DNA from: Auanema rhodensis
Lineage: Eukaryota; Animalia; Nematoda
Length of the DNA: 64,000 bases
Direction: 5' to 3'
NCBI GenBank assembly: GCA_964057225.1
Contig: OZ059897.1
Coordinates: 18,910,001-18,974,000 of the forward strand
In this document: positions 21,636-36,600 of the stretch, one piece after another
Layout of the letters: every line of letters begins with the position of its first letter
Position numbering within the stretch: position 1 is the first letter of the stretch
Notes under the pieces: generated by a model
The model's input: the letters and a program-made list of their open reading frames with translations, nothing else
Databases searched by the model: none
What the model was told of the DNA's origin: nothing
Translations under genes and position numbers: made by a program

Positions 21636-24600
21636 GCTTAAAAATCCGCATCGAATGCACTATACTACATTGAGAAACGCTTAATACAAAAATTAGTTAT
21701 GATCGTTTGAAAAATGATGCATTAGTGTATGTTGAGTTTCCATGTACACTCAACATTGCTTCCAAAAACATTTTGACAAAAATTTTTTCGAAAAATTTCA
21801 AAATAATTTAGCAAAAAGTAGATGTTTTAAGATTCCATTTTTCAAGGCAAAGACGATGGACAATGTTATTCAACGAAAAAATTAATTCTTCAGGGTGAAA
21901 ATCGAGGATATAAGTGTGAACTTATATCAGTTGATATCTCGGTGCATTTTAAAGCTAGCGCAAATCTGATAACACAGATCGACGCAGCTTAAAAATCCGC
22001 ATCGAATGCACTATACTACATTGAGAAACGCTTAATACAAAAATTAGTTATGATCGTTTGAAAAATGATGCATTAGTGTATGTTGAGTTTCCATGTACAC
22101 TCAACATTGCTTCCAAAAACATTTTGACAAAAATTTTTTCGAAAAATTTCAAAATAATTTAGCAAAAAGTAGATGTTTTTAGATTCCATTTTTCAAGGCA
22201 AAGACGATGGACAATGTTATTCAACGAAAAAATTAATTCTTCAGGGTGAAAATCGAGGATATAAGTGTGAACTTATATCAGTTGATATCTCGGTGCATTT
22301 TTAAGCTAGCGCAAATCTGATAACACAGATCGACGCAGCTTAAAAATCCGGATCGAATGCACTATACTACATTAAGAAACACTTGATACAAAAATTAGTT
22401 ATGATCGTTTGAAAAATGATGCATTAGTGTATGTTGAGTTTCCATGTACACTCAACATTGCTTCCAAAAACATTTTGACAAAAATTTTTTCGAAAAATTT
22501 CAAAATAATTTAGCAAAAAGTAGATGTTTTTAGATTCCATTTTTCAAGGCAAAGACGATGGACAATGTTATTCAACGAAAAAATTAATTCTTCAGGGTGA
22601 AAATCGAGGATATAAGTGTGAACTTATATCAGTTGATATCTCGGTGCATTTTTAAGCTAGCGCAAATCTGATAACACAGATCGACGCAGCTTAAAAATCC
22701 GCATCGAATGCACTATACTACATTGAAAAACGCTTGATACAAAAATTAGTTATGATCGTTTGAAAAATGATGCATTAGTGTATGTTGAGTTTCCATGTAC
22801 ACTCAACATTGCTTCCAAAAACATTTCGACAAAAATTTTTTCGAAAAATTTCAAAATAATTTAGCAAAAAGTAGATGTTTTTAGATTCCATTTTTCAAGG
22901 CAAAGACGATGGACAATGTTATTCAACGAAAAAATTAATTCTTCAGGGTGAAAATCGAGGATATAAGTGTGAACTTATATCAGTTGATATCTCGGTGCAT
23001 TTTAAAGCTAGCGCAAATCTGATAACACAGATCGACGCAGCTTAAAAATCCGCATCGAATGCACTATACTACATTGAAAAACGCTCAATACAAAAATTAG
23101 TTATGATCGTTTGAAAAATGATGCATTAGTGTATGTTGAGTTTCCATGTACACTCAACATTGCTTCCAAAAACATTTTGACAAAAATTTTTTCGAAAAAA
23201 TTTCAAAATAATTTAGCAAAAAGTAGATGTTTTTAGATTCCATTTTTCAAGGCAAAGACGATGGACAATGTTATTCAACGAAAAAATTAATTCTTCAGGG
23301 TGAAAATCGAGGATATAAGTGTGAACTTATATCAGTTGATATCTCGGTGCATTTTTAAGCTAGCGCAAATCTGATAACACAGATCGACGCAGCTTAAAAA
23401 TCCGGATCGAATGCACTATACTACATTGAGAAACGCTTAATACAAAAATTAGTTATGATCGTTTGAAAAATGATGCATTAGTGTATGTTGAGTTTCCATG
23501 TACACTCAACATTGCTTCCAAAAACATTTTGACAAAAATTTTTTCGAAAAATTTCAAAATAATTTAGCAAAAAGTAGATGTTTTAAGATTCCATTTTTCA
23601 AGGCAAAGACGATGGACAATGTTATTCAACGAAAAAATTAATTCTTCAGGGTGAAAATCGAGGATATAAGTGTGAACTTATATCAGTTGATATCTCGGTG
23701 CATTTTAAAGCTAGCGCAAATCTGATAACACAGATCGACGCAGCTTAAAAATCCGCATCGAATGCACTATACTACATTGAGAAACGCTTAATACAAAAAT
23801 TAGTTATGATCGTTTGAAAAATGATGCATTAGTGTATGTTGAGTTTCCATGTACACTCAACATTGCTTCCAAAAACATTTTGACAAAAATTTTTTCGAAA
23901 AATTTCAAAATAATTTAGCAAAAAGTAGATGTTTTTAGATTCCATTTTTCAAGGCAAAGACGATGGACAATGTTATTCAACGAAAAAATTAATTCTTCAG
24001 GGTGAAAATCGAGGATATAAGTGTGAACTTATATCAGTTGATATCTCGGTGCATTTTTAAGCTAGCGCAAATCTGATAACACAGATCGACGCAGCTTAAA
24101 AATCCGCATCGAATGCACTATAGTACATTAAGAAACACTTGATACAAAAATTAGTTATGATCGTTTGAAAAATGATGCATTAGTGTATGTTGAGTTTCCA
24201 TGTACACTCAACATTGCTTCCAAAAACATTTTGACAAAAATTTTTTCGAAAAATTTCAAAATAATTTAGCAAAAAGTAGATGTTTTTAGATTCCTTTTTT
24301 CAAGGCAAAGACGATGGACAATGTTATTCAACGAAAAAATTATTTCTTCAGGGTGAAAATCGAGGATATAAGTGTGAACTTATATCAGTTGATATCTCGG
24401 TGCATTTTTAAGCTAGCGCAAATCTGATAACACAGATCGACGCAGCTTAAAAATCCGCATCGAATGCACTATACTACATTAAGAAACACTTGATACAAAA
24501 ATTAGTTATGATCGTTTGAAAAATGATGCATTAGTGTATGTTGAGTTTCCATGTACACTCAACATTGCTTCCAAAAACATTTTGACAAAAATTTTTTCGA

Positions 24601-27600
24601 AAAATTTCGAAATAATTTAGCAAAAAGTAGATGTTTTTAGATTCCTTTTTTCAAGGCAAAGACGATGGACAATGTTATTCAACGAAAAAATTATTTCTTC
24701 AGGGTGAAAATCGAGGATATAAGTGTGAACTTATATCAGTTGATATCTCGGTGCATTTTTAAGCTAGCGCAAATCTGATAACACAGATCGACGCAGCTTA
24801 AAAATCCGCATCGAATGCACTATACTACATTAAGAAACACTTGATACAAAAATTAGTTATGATCGTTTGAAAAATGATGCATTAGTGTATGTTGAGTTTC
24901 CATGTACACTCAACATTGCTTCCAAAAACATTTTGACAAAAATTTTTTCGAAAAATTTCAAAATAATTTAGCAAAAAGTAGATGTTTTTAGATTCCTTTT
25001 TTCAAGGCAAAGACGATGGACAATGTTATTCAACGAAAAAATTATTTCTTCAGGGTGAAAATCGAGGATATAAGTGTGAACTTATATCAGTTGATATCTC
25101 GGTGCATTTTTAAGCTAGCGCAAATCTGATAACACAGATCGACGCAGCTTAAAAATCCGGATCGAATGCACTATACTACATTAAGAAACACTTGATACAA
25201 AAATAGTTATGATCGTTTGAAAAATGATGCATTAGTGTATGTTGAGTTTCCATGTACACTCAACATTGCTTCCAAAAACATTTTGACAAAAATTTTTTCG
25301 AAAAATTTCAAAATAATTTAGCAAAAAGTAGATGTTTTTAGATTCCATTTTTCAAGGCAAAGACGATGGACAATGTTATTCAACGAAAAAATTAATTCTT
25401 CAGGGTGAAAATCGAGGATATAAGTGTGAACTTATATCAGTTGATATCTCGGTGCATTTTTAAGCTAGCGCAAATCTGATAACACAGATCGACGCAGCTT
25501 AAAAATCCGCATCGAATGCACTATACTACATTGAGAAACGCTTAATACAAAAATAAGTTATGATCGTTTGAAAAATGATGCATTAGTGTATGTTGAGTTT
25601 CCATGTACACTCAACATTGCTTCCAAAAACATTTTGACAAAAATTTTTTCGAAAAAATTTCAAAATAATTTAGCAAAAAGTAGATGTTTTTAGATTCCAT
25701 TTTTCAAGGCAAAGACGATGGACAATGTTATTCAACGAAAAAATTAATTCTTCAGGGTGAAAATCGAGGATATAAGTGTGAACTTATATCAGTTGATATC
25801 TCGGTGCATTTTTAAGCTAGCGCAAATCTGATAACACAGATCGACGCAGCTTAAAAATCCGCATCGAATGCACTATACTACATTAAGAAACACTTGATAC
25901 AAAAATTAGTTATGATCGTTTGAAAAATGATGCATTAGTGTATGTTGAGTTTCCATGTACACTCAACATTGCTTCCAAAAACATTTTGACAAAAATTTTT
26001 TCGAAAAATTTCAAAATAATTTAGCAAAAAGTAGATGTTTTTAGATTCCTTTTTTCAAGGCAAAGACGATGGACAATGTTATTCAACGAAAAAATTATTT
26101 CTTCAGGGTGAAAATCGAGGATATAAGTGTGAACTTATATCAGTTGATATCTCGGTGCATTTTTAAGCTAGCGCAAATCTGATAACACAGATCGACGCAG
26201 CTTAAAAATCCGGATCGAATGCACTATACTACATTAAGAAACACTTGATACAAAAATAGTTATGATCGTTTGAAAAATGATGCATTAGTGTATGTTGAGT
26301 TTCCATGTACACTCAACATTGCTTCCAAAAACATTTTGACAAAAATTTTTTCGAAAAATTTCAAAATAATTTAGCAAAAAGTAGATGTTTTTAGATTCCA
26401 TTTTTCAAGGCAAAGACGATGGACAATGTTATTCAACGAAAAAATTAATTCTTCAGGGTGAAAATCGAGGATATAAGTGTGAACTTATATCAGTTGATAT
26501 CTCGGTGCATTTTTAAGCTAGCGCAAATCTGATAACACAGATCGACGCAGCTTAAAAATCCGCATCGAATGCACTATACTACATTGAGAAACGCTTAATA
26601 CAAAAATTAGTTATGATCGTTTGAAAAATGATGCATTAGTGTATGTTGAGTTTCCATGTACACTCAACATTGCTTCCAAAAACATTTTGACAAAAATTTT
26701 TTCGAAAAAATTTCAAAATAATTTAGCAAAAAGTAGATGTTTTTAGATTCCATTTTTCAAGGCAAAGACGATGGACAATGTTATTCAACGAAAAAATTAA
26801 TTCTTCAGGGTGAAAATCGAGGATATAAGTGTGAACTTATATCAGTTGATATCTCGGTGCATTTTTAAGCTAGCGCAAATCTGATAACACAGATCGACGC
26901 AGCTTAAAAATCCGGATCGAATGCACTATACTACATTGAGAAACGCTTAATACAAAAATTAGTTATGATCGTTTGAAAAATGATGCATTAGTGTATGTTG
27001 AGTTTCCATGTACACTCAACATTGCTTCCAAAAACATTTTGACAAAAATTTTTTCGAAAAATTTCAAAATAATTTAGCAAAAAGTAGATGTTTTAAGATT
27101 CCATTTTTCAAGGCAAAGACGATGGACAATGTTATTCAACGAAAAAATTAATTCTTCAGGGTGAAAATCGAGGATATAAGTGTGAACTTATATCAGTTGA
27201 TATCTCGGTGCATTTTTAAGCTAGCGCAAATCTGATAACACAGATCGACGCAGCTTAAAAATCCGCATCGAATGCACTATACTACATTAAGAAACACTTG
27301 ATACAAAAATTAGTTATGATCGTTTGAAAAATGATGCATTAGTGTATGTTGAGTTTCCATGTACACTCAACATTGCTTCCAAAAACATTTTGACAAAAAT
27401 TTTTTCGAAAAATTTCAAAATAATTTAGCAAAAAGTAGATGTTTTTAGATTCCTTTTTTCAAGGCAAAGACGATGGACAATGTTATTCAACGAAAAAATT
27501 ATTTCTTCAGGGTGAAAATCGAGGATATAAGTGTGAACTTATATCAGTTGATATCTCGGTGCATTTTTAAGCTAGCGCAAATCTGATAACACAGATCGAC

Positions 27601-30600
27601 GCAGCTTAAAAATCCGGATCGAATGCACTATACTACATTAAGAAACACTTGATACAAAAATAGTTATGATCGTTTGAAAAATGATGCATTAGTGTATGTT
27701 GAGTTTCCATGTACACTCAACATTGCTTCCAAAAACATTTTGACAAAAATTTTTTCGAAAAATTTCAAAATAATTTAGCAAAAAGTAGATGTTTTTAGAT
27801 TCCATTTTTCAAGGCAAAGACGATGGACAATGTTATTCAACGAAAAAATTAATTCTTCAGGGTGAAAATCGAGGATATAAGTGTGAACTTATATCAGTTG
27901 ATATCTCGGTGCATTTTTAAGCTAGCGCAAATCTGATAACACAGATCGACGCAGCTTAAAAATCCGCATCGAATGCACTATACTACATTGAGAAACGCTT
28001 AATACAAAAATTAGTTATGATCGTTTGAAAAATGATGCATTAGTGTATGTTGAGTTTCCATGTACACTCAACATTGCTTCCAAAAACATTTTGACAAAAA
28101 TTTTTTCGAAAAAATTTCAAAATAATTTAGCAAAAAGTAGATGTTTTTAGATTCCATTTTTCAAGGCAAAGACGATGGACAATGTTATTCAACGAAAAAA
28201 TTAATTCTTCAGGGTGAAAATCGAGGATATAAGTGTGAACTTATATCAGTTGATATCTCGGTGCATTTTTAAGCTAGCGCAAATCTGATAACACAGATCG
28301 ACGCAGCTTAAAAATCCGGATCGAATGCACTATACTACATTGAGAAACGCTTAATACAAAAATTAGTTATGATCGTTTGAAAAATGATGCATTAGTGTAT
28401 GTTGAGTTTCCATGTACACTCAACATTGCTTCCAAAAACATTTTGACAAAAATTTTTTCGAAAAATTTCAAAATAATTTAGCAAAAAGTAGATGTTTTAA
28501 GATTCCATTTTTCAAGGCAAAGACGATGGACAATGTTATTCAACGAAAAAATTAATTCTTCAGGGTGAAAATCGAGGATATAAGTGTGAACTTATATCAG
28601 TTGATATCTCGGTGCATTTTAAAGCTAGCGCAAATCTGATAACACAGATCGACGCAGCTTAAAAATCCGCATCGAATGCACTATACTACATTGAGAAACG
28701 CTTAATACAAAAATTAGTTATGATCGTTTGAAAAATGATGCATTAGTGTATGTTGAGTTTCCATGTACACTCAACATTGCTTCCAAAAACATTTTGACAA
28801 AAATTTTTTCGAAAAATTTCAAAATAATTTAGCAAAAAGTAGATGTTTTTAGATTCCTTTTTTCAAGGCAAAGACGATGGACAATGTTATTCAACGAAAA
28901 AATTATTTCTTCAGGGTGAAAATCGAGGATATAAGTGTGAACTTATATCAGTTGATATCTCGGTGCATTTTTAAGCTAGCGCAAATCTGATAACACAGAT
29001 CGACGCAGCTTTAAAATCCGGATCGAATGCACTATACTACATTAAGAAACACTTGATACAAAAATTAGTTATGATCGTTTGAAAAATGATGCATTAGTGT
29101 ATGTTGAGTTTCCATGTACACTCAACATTGCTTCCAAAAACATTTTGACAAAAATTTTTTCGAAAAAATTTCAAAATAATTTAGCAAAAAGTAGATGTTT
29201 TTAGATTCCATTTTTCAAGGCAAAGACGATGGACAATGTTATTCAACGAAAAAATTAATTCTTCAGGGTGAAAATCGAGGATATAAGTGTGAACTTATAT
29301 CAGTTGATATCTCGGTGCATTTTTAAGCTAGCGCAAATCTGATAACACAGATCGACGCAGCTTAAAAATCCGGATCGAATGCACTATACTACATTGAGAA
29401 ACGCTTAATACAAAAATTAGTTATGATCGTTTGAAAAATGATGCATTAGTGTATGTTGAGTTTCCATGTACACTCAACATTGCTTCCAAAAACATTTTGA
29501 CAAAAATTTTTTCGAAAAATTTCAAAATAATTTAGCAAAAAGTAGATGTTTTAAGATTCCATTTTTCAAGGCAAAGACGATGGACAATGTTATTCAACGA
29601 AAAAATTAATTCTTCAGGGTGAAAATCGAGGATATAAGTGTGAACTTATATCAGTTGATATCTCGGTGCATTTTAAAGCTAGCGCAAATCTGATAACACA
29701 GATCGACGCAGCTTAAAAATCCGCATCGAATGCACTATACTACATTGAGAAACGCTTAATACAAAAATTAGTTATGATCGTTTGAAAAATGATGCATTAG
29801 TGTATGTTGAGTTTCCATGTACACTCAACATTGCTTCCAAAAACATTTTGACAAAAATTTTTTCGAAAAATTTCAAAATAATTTAGCAAAAAGTAGATGT
29901 TTTTAGATTCCATTTTTCAAGGCAAAGACGATGGACAATGTTATTCAACGAAAAAATTAATTCTTCAGGGTGAAAATCGAGGATATAAGTGTGAACTTAT
30001 ATCAGTTGATATCTCGGTGCATTTTTAAGCTAGCGCAAATCTGATAACACAGATCGACGCAGCTTAAAAATCCGCATCGAATGCACTATACTACATTAAG
30101 AAACACTTGATACAAAAATTAGTTATGATCGTTTGAAAAATGATGCATTAGTGTATGTTGAGTTTCCATGTACACTCAACATTGCTTCCAAAAACATTTT
30201 GACAAAAATTTTTTCGAAAAATTTCAAAATAATTTAGCAAAAAGTAGATGTTTTTAGATTCCTTTTTTCAAGGCAAAGACGATGGACAATGTTATTCAAC
30301 GAAAAAATTATTTCTTCAGGGTGAAAATCGAGGATATAAGTGTGAACTTATATCAGTTGATATCTCGGTGCATTTTTAAGCTAGCGCAAATCTGATAACA
30401 CAGATCGACGCAGCTTAAAAATCCGCATCGAATGCACTATACTACATTAAGAAACACTTGATACAAAAATTAGTTATGATCGTTTGAAAAATGATGCATT
30501 AGTGTATGTTGAGTTTCCATGTACACTCAACATTGCTTCCAAAAACATTTTGACAAAAATTTTTTCGAAAAATTTCAAAATAATTCAGCAAAAAGTAGAT

Positions 30601-33600
30601 GTTTTTAGATTCCATTTTTCAAGGCAAAGACGATGGACAATGTTATTCAACGAAAAAATTAATTCTTCAGGGTGAAAATCGAGGATATAAGTGTGAACTT
30701 ATATCAGTTGATATCTCGGTGCATTTTTAAGCTAGCGCAAATCTGATAACACAGATCGACGCAGCTTAAAAATCCGCATCGAATGCACTATACTACATTG
30801 AGAAACGCTTAATACAAAAATTAGTTATGATCGTTTGAAAAATGATGCATTAGTGTATGTTGAGTTTCCATGTACACTCAACATTGCTTCCAAAAACATT
30901 TTGACAAAAATTTTTTCGAAAAATTTCAAAATAATTTAGCAAAAAGTAGATGTTTTAAGATTCCATTTTTCAAGGCAAAGACGATGGACAATGTTATTCA
31001 ACGAAAAAATTAATTCTTCAGGGTGAAAATCGAGGATATAAGTGTGAACTTATATCAGTTGATATCTCGGTGCATTTTTAAGCTAGCGCAAATCTGATAA
31101 CACAGATCGACGCAGCTTAAAAATCCGCATCGAATGCACTATACTACATTGAAAAACGCTCAATACAAAAATTAGTTATGATCGTTTGAAAAATGATGCA
31201 TTAGTGTATGTTGAGTTTCCATGTACACTCAACATTGCTTCCAAAAACATTTTGACAAAAATTTTTTCGAAAAATTTCAAATTAATTTAGCAAAAAGTAG
31301 ATGTTTTTAGATTCCATTTTTCAAGGCAAAGACGATGGACAATGTTATTCAACGAAAAAATTAATTCTTCAGGGTGAAAATCGAGGATATAAGTGTGAAC
31401 TTATATCAGTTGATATCTCGGTGCATTTTTAAGCTAGCGCAAATCTGATAACACAGATCGACGCAGCTTAAAAATCCGCATCGAATGCACTATACTACAT
31501 TAAGAAACACTTGATACAAAAATTAGTTATGATCGTTTGAAAAATGATGCATTAGTGTATGTTGAGTTTCCATGTACACTCAACATTGCTTCCAAAAACA
31601 TTTTGACAAAAATTTTTTCGAAAAATTTCAAAATAATTTAGCAAAAAGTAGATGTTTTTAGATTCCTTTTTTCAAGGCAAAGACGATGGACAATGTTATT
31701 CAACGAAAAAATTATTTCTTCAGGGTGAAAATCGAGGATATAAGTGTGAACTTATATCAGTTGATATCTCGGTGCATTTTTAAGCTAGCGCAAATCTGAT
31801 AACACAGATCGACGCAGCTTAAAAATCCGGATCGAATGCACTATACTACATTAAGAAACACTTGATACAAAAATTAGTTATGATCGTTTGAAAAATGATG
31901 CATTAGTGTATGTTGAGTTTCCATGTACACTCAACATTGCTTCCAAAAACATTTTGACAAAAATTTTTTCGAAAAATTTCAAAATAATTTAGCAAAAAGT
32001 AGATGTTTTTAGATTCCATTTTTCAAGGCAAAGACGATGGACAATGTTATTCAACGAAAAAATTAATTCTTCAGGGTGAAAATCGAGGATATAAGTGTGA
32101 ACTTATATCAGTTGATATCTCGGTGCATTTTTAAGCTAGCGCAAATCTGATAACACAGATCGACGCAGCTTAAAAATCCGCATCGAATGCACTATACTAC
32201 ATTAAGAAACACTTGATACAAAAATTAGTTATGATCGTTTGAAAAATGATGCATTAGTGTATGTTGAGTTTCCATGTACACTCAACATTGCTTCCAAAAA
32301 CATTTTGACAAAAATTTTTTCGAAAAATTTCAAAATAATTTAGCAAAAAGTAGATGTTTTTAGATTCCTTTTTTCAAGGCAAAGACGATGGACAATGTTA
32401 TTCAACGAAAAAATTATTTCTTCAGGGTGAAAATCGAGGATATAAGTGTGAACTTATATCAGTTGATATCTCGGTGCATTTTTAAGCTAGCGCAAATCTG
32501 ATAACACAGATCGACGCAGCTTAAAAATCCGGATCGAATGCACTATACTACATTAAGAAACACTTGATACAAAAATTAGTTATGATCGTTTGAAAAATGA
32601 TGCATTAGTGTATGTTGAGTTTCCATGTACACTCAACATTGCTTCCAAAAACATTTTGACAAAAATTTTTTCGAAAAATTTCAAAATAATTTAGCAAAAA
32701 GTAGATGTTTTTAGATTCCATTTTTCAAGGCAAAGACGATGGACAATGTTATTCAACGAAAAAATTAATTCTTCAGGGTGAAAATCGAGGATATAAGTGT
32801 GAACTTATATCAGTTGATATCTCGGTGCATTTTTAAGCTAGCGCAAATCTGATAACACAGATCGACGCAGCTTAAAAATCCGCATCGAATGCACTATACT
32901 ACATTGAGAAACGCTTAATACAAAAATTAGTTATGATCGTTTGAAAAATGATGCATTAGTGTATGTTGAGTTTCCATGTACACTCAACATTGCTTCCAAA
33001 AACATTTTGACAAAAATTTTTTCGAAAAATTTCAAAATAATTTAGCAAAAAGTAGATGTTTTTAGATTCCTTTTTTCAAGGCAAAGACGATGGACAATGT
33101 TATTCAACGAAAAAATTATTTCTTCAGGGTGAAAATCGAGGATATAAGTGTGAACTTATATCAGTTGATATCTCGGTGCATTTTTAAGCTAGCGCAAATC
33201 TGATAACACAGATCGACGCAGCTTAAAAATCCGGATCGAATGCACTATACTACATTAAGAAACACTTGATACAAAAATTAGTTATGATCGTTTGAAAAAT
33301 GATGCATTAGTGTATGTTGAGTTTCCATGTACACTCAACATTGCTTCCAAAAACATTTTGACAAAAATTTTTTCGAAAAATTTCAAAATAATTTAGCAAA
33401 AAGTAGATGTTTTTAGATTCCATTTTTCAAGGCAAAGACGATGGACAATGTTATTCAACGAAAAAATTAATTCTTCAGGGTGAAAATCGAGGATATAAGT
33501 GTGAACTTATATCAGTTGATATCTCGGTGCATTTTTAAGCTAGCGCAAATCTGATAACACAGATCGACGCAGCTTAAAAATCCGCATCGAATGCACTATA

Positions 33601-36600
33601 CTACATTGAGAAACGCTTAATACAAAAATTAGTTATGATCGTTTGAAAAATGATGCATTAGTGTATGTTGAGTTTCCATGTACACTCAACATTGCTTCCA
33701 AAAACATTTTGACAAAAATTTTTTCGAAAAAATTTCAAAATAATTTAGCAAAAAGTAGATGTTTTTAGATTCCATTTTTCAAGGCAAAGACGATGGACAA
33801 TGTTATTCAACGAAAAAATTAATTCTTCAGGGTGAAAATCGAGGATATAAGTGTGAACTTATATCAGTTGATATCTCGGTGCATTTTTAAGCTAGCGCAA
33901 ATCTGATAACACAGATCGACGCAGCTTAAAAATCCGGATCGAATGCACTATACTACATTGAGAAACGCTTAATACAAAAATTAGTTATGATCGTTTGAAA
34001 AATGATGCATTAGTGTATGTTGAGTTTCCATGTACACTCAACATTGCTTCCAAAAACATTTTGACAAAAATTTTTTCGAAAAATTTCAAAATAATTTAGC
34101 AAAAAGTAGATGTTTTAAGATTCCATTTTTCAAGGCAAAGACGATGGACAATGTTATTCAACGAAAAAATTAATTCTTCAGGGTGAAAATCGAGGATATA
34201 AGTGTGAACTTATATCAGTTGATATCTCGGTGCATTTTAAAGCTAGCGCAAATCTGATAACACAGATCGACGCAGCTTAAAAATCCGCATCGAATGCACT
34301 ATACTACATTGAGAAACGCTTAATACAAAAATTAGTTATGATCGTTTGAAAAATGATGCATTAGTGTATGTTGAGTTTCCATGTACACTCAACATTGCTT
34401 CCAAAAACATTTTGACAAAAATTTTTTCGAAAAATTTCAAAATAATTTAGCAAAAAGTAGATGTTTTTAGATTCCATTTTTCAAGGCAAAGACGATGGAC
34501 AATGTTATTCAACGAAAAAATTAATTCTTCAGGGTGAAAATCGAGGATATAAGTGTGAACTTATATCAGTTGATATCTCGGTGCATTTTTAAGCTAGCGC
34601 AAATCTGATAACACAGATCGACGCAGCTTAAAAATCCGCATCGAATGCACTATACTACATTAAGAAACACTTGATACAAAAATTAGTTATGATCGTTTGA
34701 AAAATGATGCATTAGTGTATGTTGAGTTTCCATGTACACTCAACATTGCTTCCAAAAACATTTTGACAAAAATTTTTTCGAAAAATTTCAAAATAATTTA
34801 GCAAAAAGTAGATGTTTTTAGATTCCTTTTTTCAAGGCAAAGACGATGGACAATGTTATTCAACGAAAAAATTATTTCTTCAGGGTGAAAATCGAGGATA
34901 TAAGTGTGAACTTATATCAGTTGATATCTCGGTGCATTTTTAAGCTAGCGCAAATCTGATAACACAGATCGACGCAGCTTAAAAATCCGCATCGAATGCA
35001 CTATACTACATTAAGAAACACTTGATACAAAAATTAGTTATGATCGTTTGAAAAATGATGCATTAGTGTATGTTGAGTTTCCATGTACACTCAACATTGC
35101 TTCCAAAAACATTTTGACAAAAATTTTTTCGAAAAATTTCAAAATAATTTAGCAAAAAGTAGATGTTTTTAGATTCCTTTTTTCAAGGCAAAGACGATGG
35201 ACAATGTTATTCAACGAAAAAATTAATTCTTCAGGGTGAAAATCGAGGATATAAGTGTGAACTTATATCAGTTGATATCTCGGTGCATTTTAAAGCTAGC
35301 GCAAATCTGATAACACAGATCGACGCAGCTTAAAAATCCGCATCGAATGCACTATACTACATTGAGAAACGCTTAATACAAAAATTAGTTATGATCGTTT
35401 GAAAAATGATGCATTAGTGTATGTTGAGTTTCCATGTACACTCAACATTGCTTCCAAAAACATTTTGACAAAAATTTTTTCGAAAAATTTCAAAATAATT
35501 TAGCAAAAAGTAGATGTTTTTAGATTCCATTTTTCAAGGCAAAGACGATGGACAATGTTATTCAACGAAAAAATTAATTCTTCAGGGTGAAAATCGAGGA
35601 TATAAGTGTGAACTTATATCAGTTGATATCTCGGTGCATTTTTAAGCTAGCGCAAATCTGATAACACAGATCGACGCAGCTTAAAAATCCGCATCGAATG
35701 CACTATACTACATTAAGAAACACTTGATACAAAAATTAGTTATGATCGTTTGAAAAATGATGCATTAGTGTATGTTGAGTTTCCATGTACACTCAACATT
35801 GCTTCCAAAAACATTTTGACAAAAATTTTTTCGAAAAATTTCAAAATAATTTAGCAAAAAGTAGATGTTTTTAGATTCCTTTTTTCAAGGCAAAGACGAT
35901 GGACAATGTTATTCAACGAAAAAATTATTTCTTCAGGGTGAAAATCGAGGATATAAGTGTGAACTTATATCAGTTGATATCTCGGTGCATTTTTAAGCTA
36001 GCGCAAATCTGATAACACAGATCGACGCAGCTTAAAAATCCGCATCGAATGCACTTTACTACATTAAGAAACACTTGATACAAAAATTAGTTATGATCGT
36101 TTGAAAAATGATGCATTAGTGTATGTTGAGTTTCCATGTACACTCAACATTGCTTCCAAAAACATTTTGACAAAAATTTTTTCGAAAAATTTCAAAATAA
36201 TTTAGCAAAAAGTAGATGTTTTTAGATTCCTTTTTTCAAGGCAAAGACGATGGACAATGTTATTCAACGAAAAAATTATTTCTTCAGGGTGAAAATCGAG
36301 GATATAAGTGTGAACTTATATCAGTTGATATCTCGGTGCATTTTTAAGCTAGCGCAAATCTGATAACACAGATCGACGCAGCTTAAAAATCCGCATCGAA
36401 TGCACTATACTACATTAAGAAACACTTGATACAAAAATTAGTTATGATCGTTTGAAAAATGATGCATTAGTGTATGTTGAGTTTCCATGTACACTCAACA
36501 TTGCTTCCAAAAACATTTTGACAAAAATTTTTTCGAAAAATTTCAAAATAATTCAGCAAAAAGTAGATGTTTTTAGATTCCATTTTTCAAGGCAAAGACG

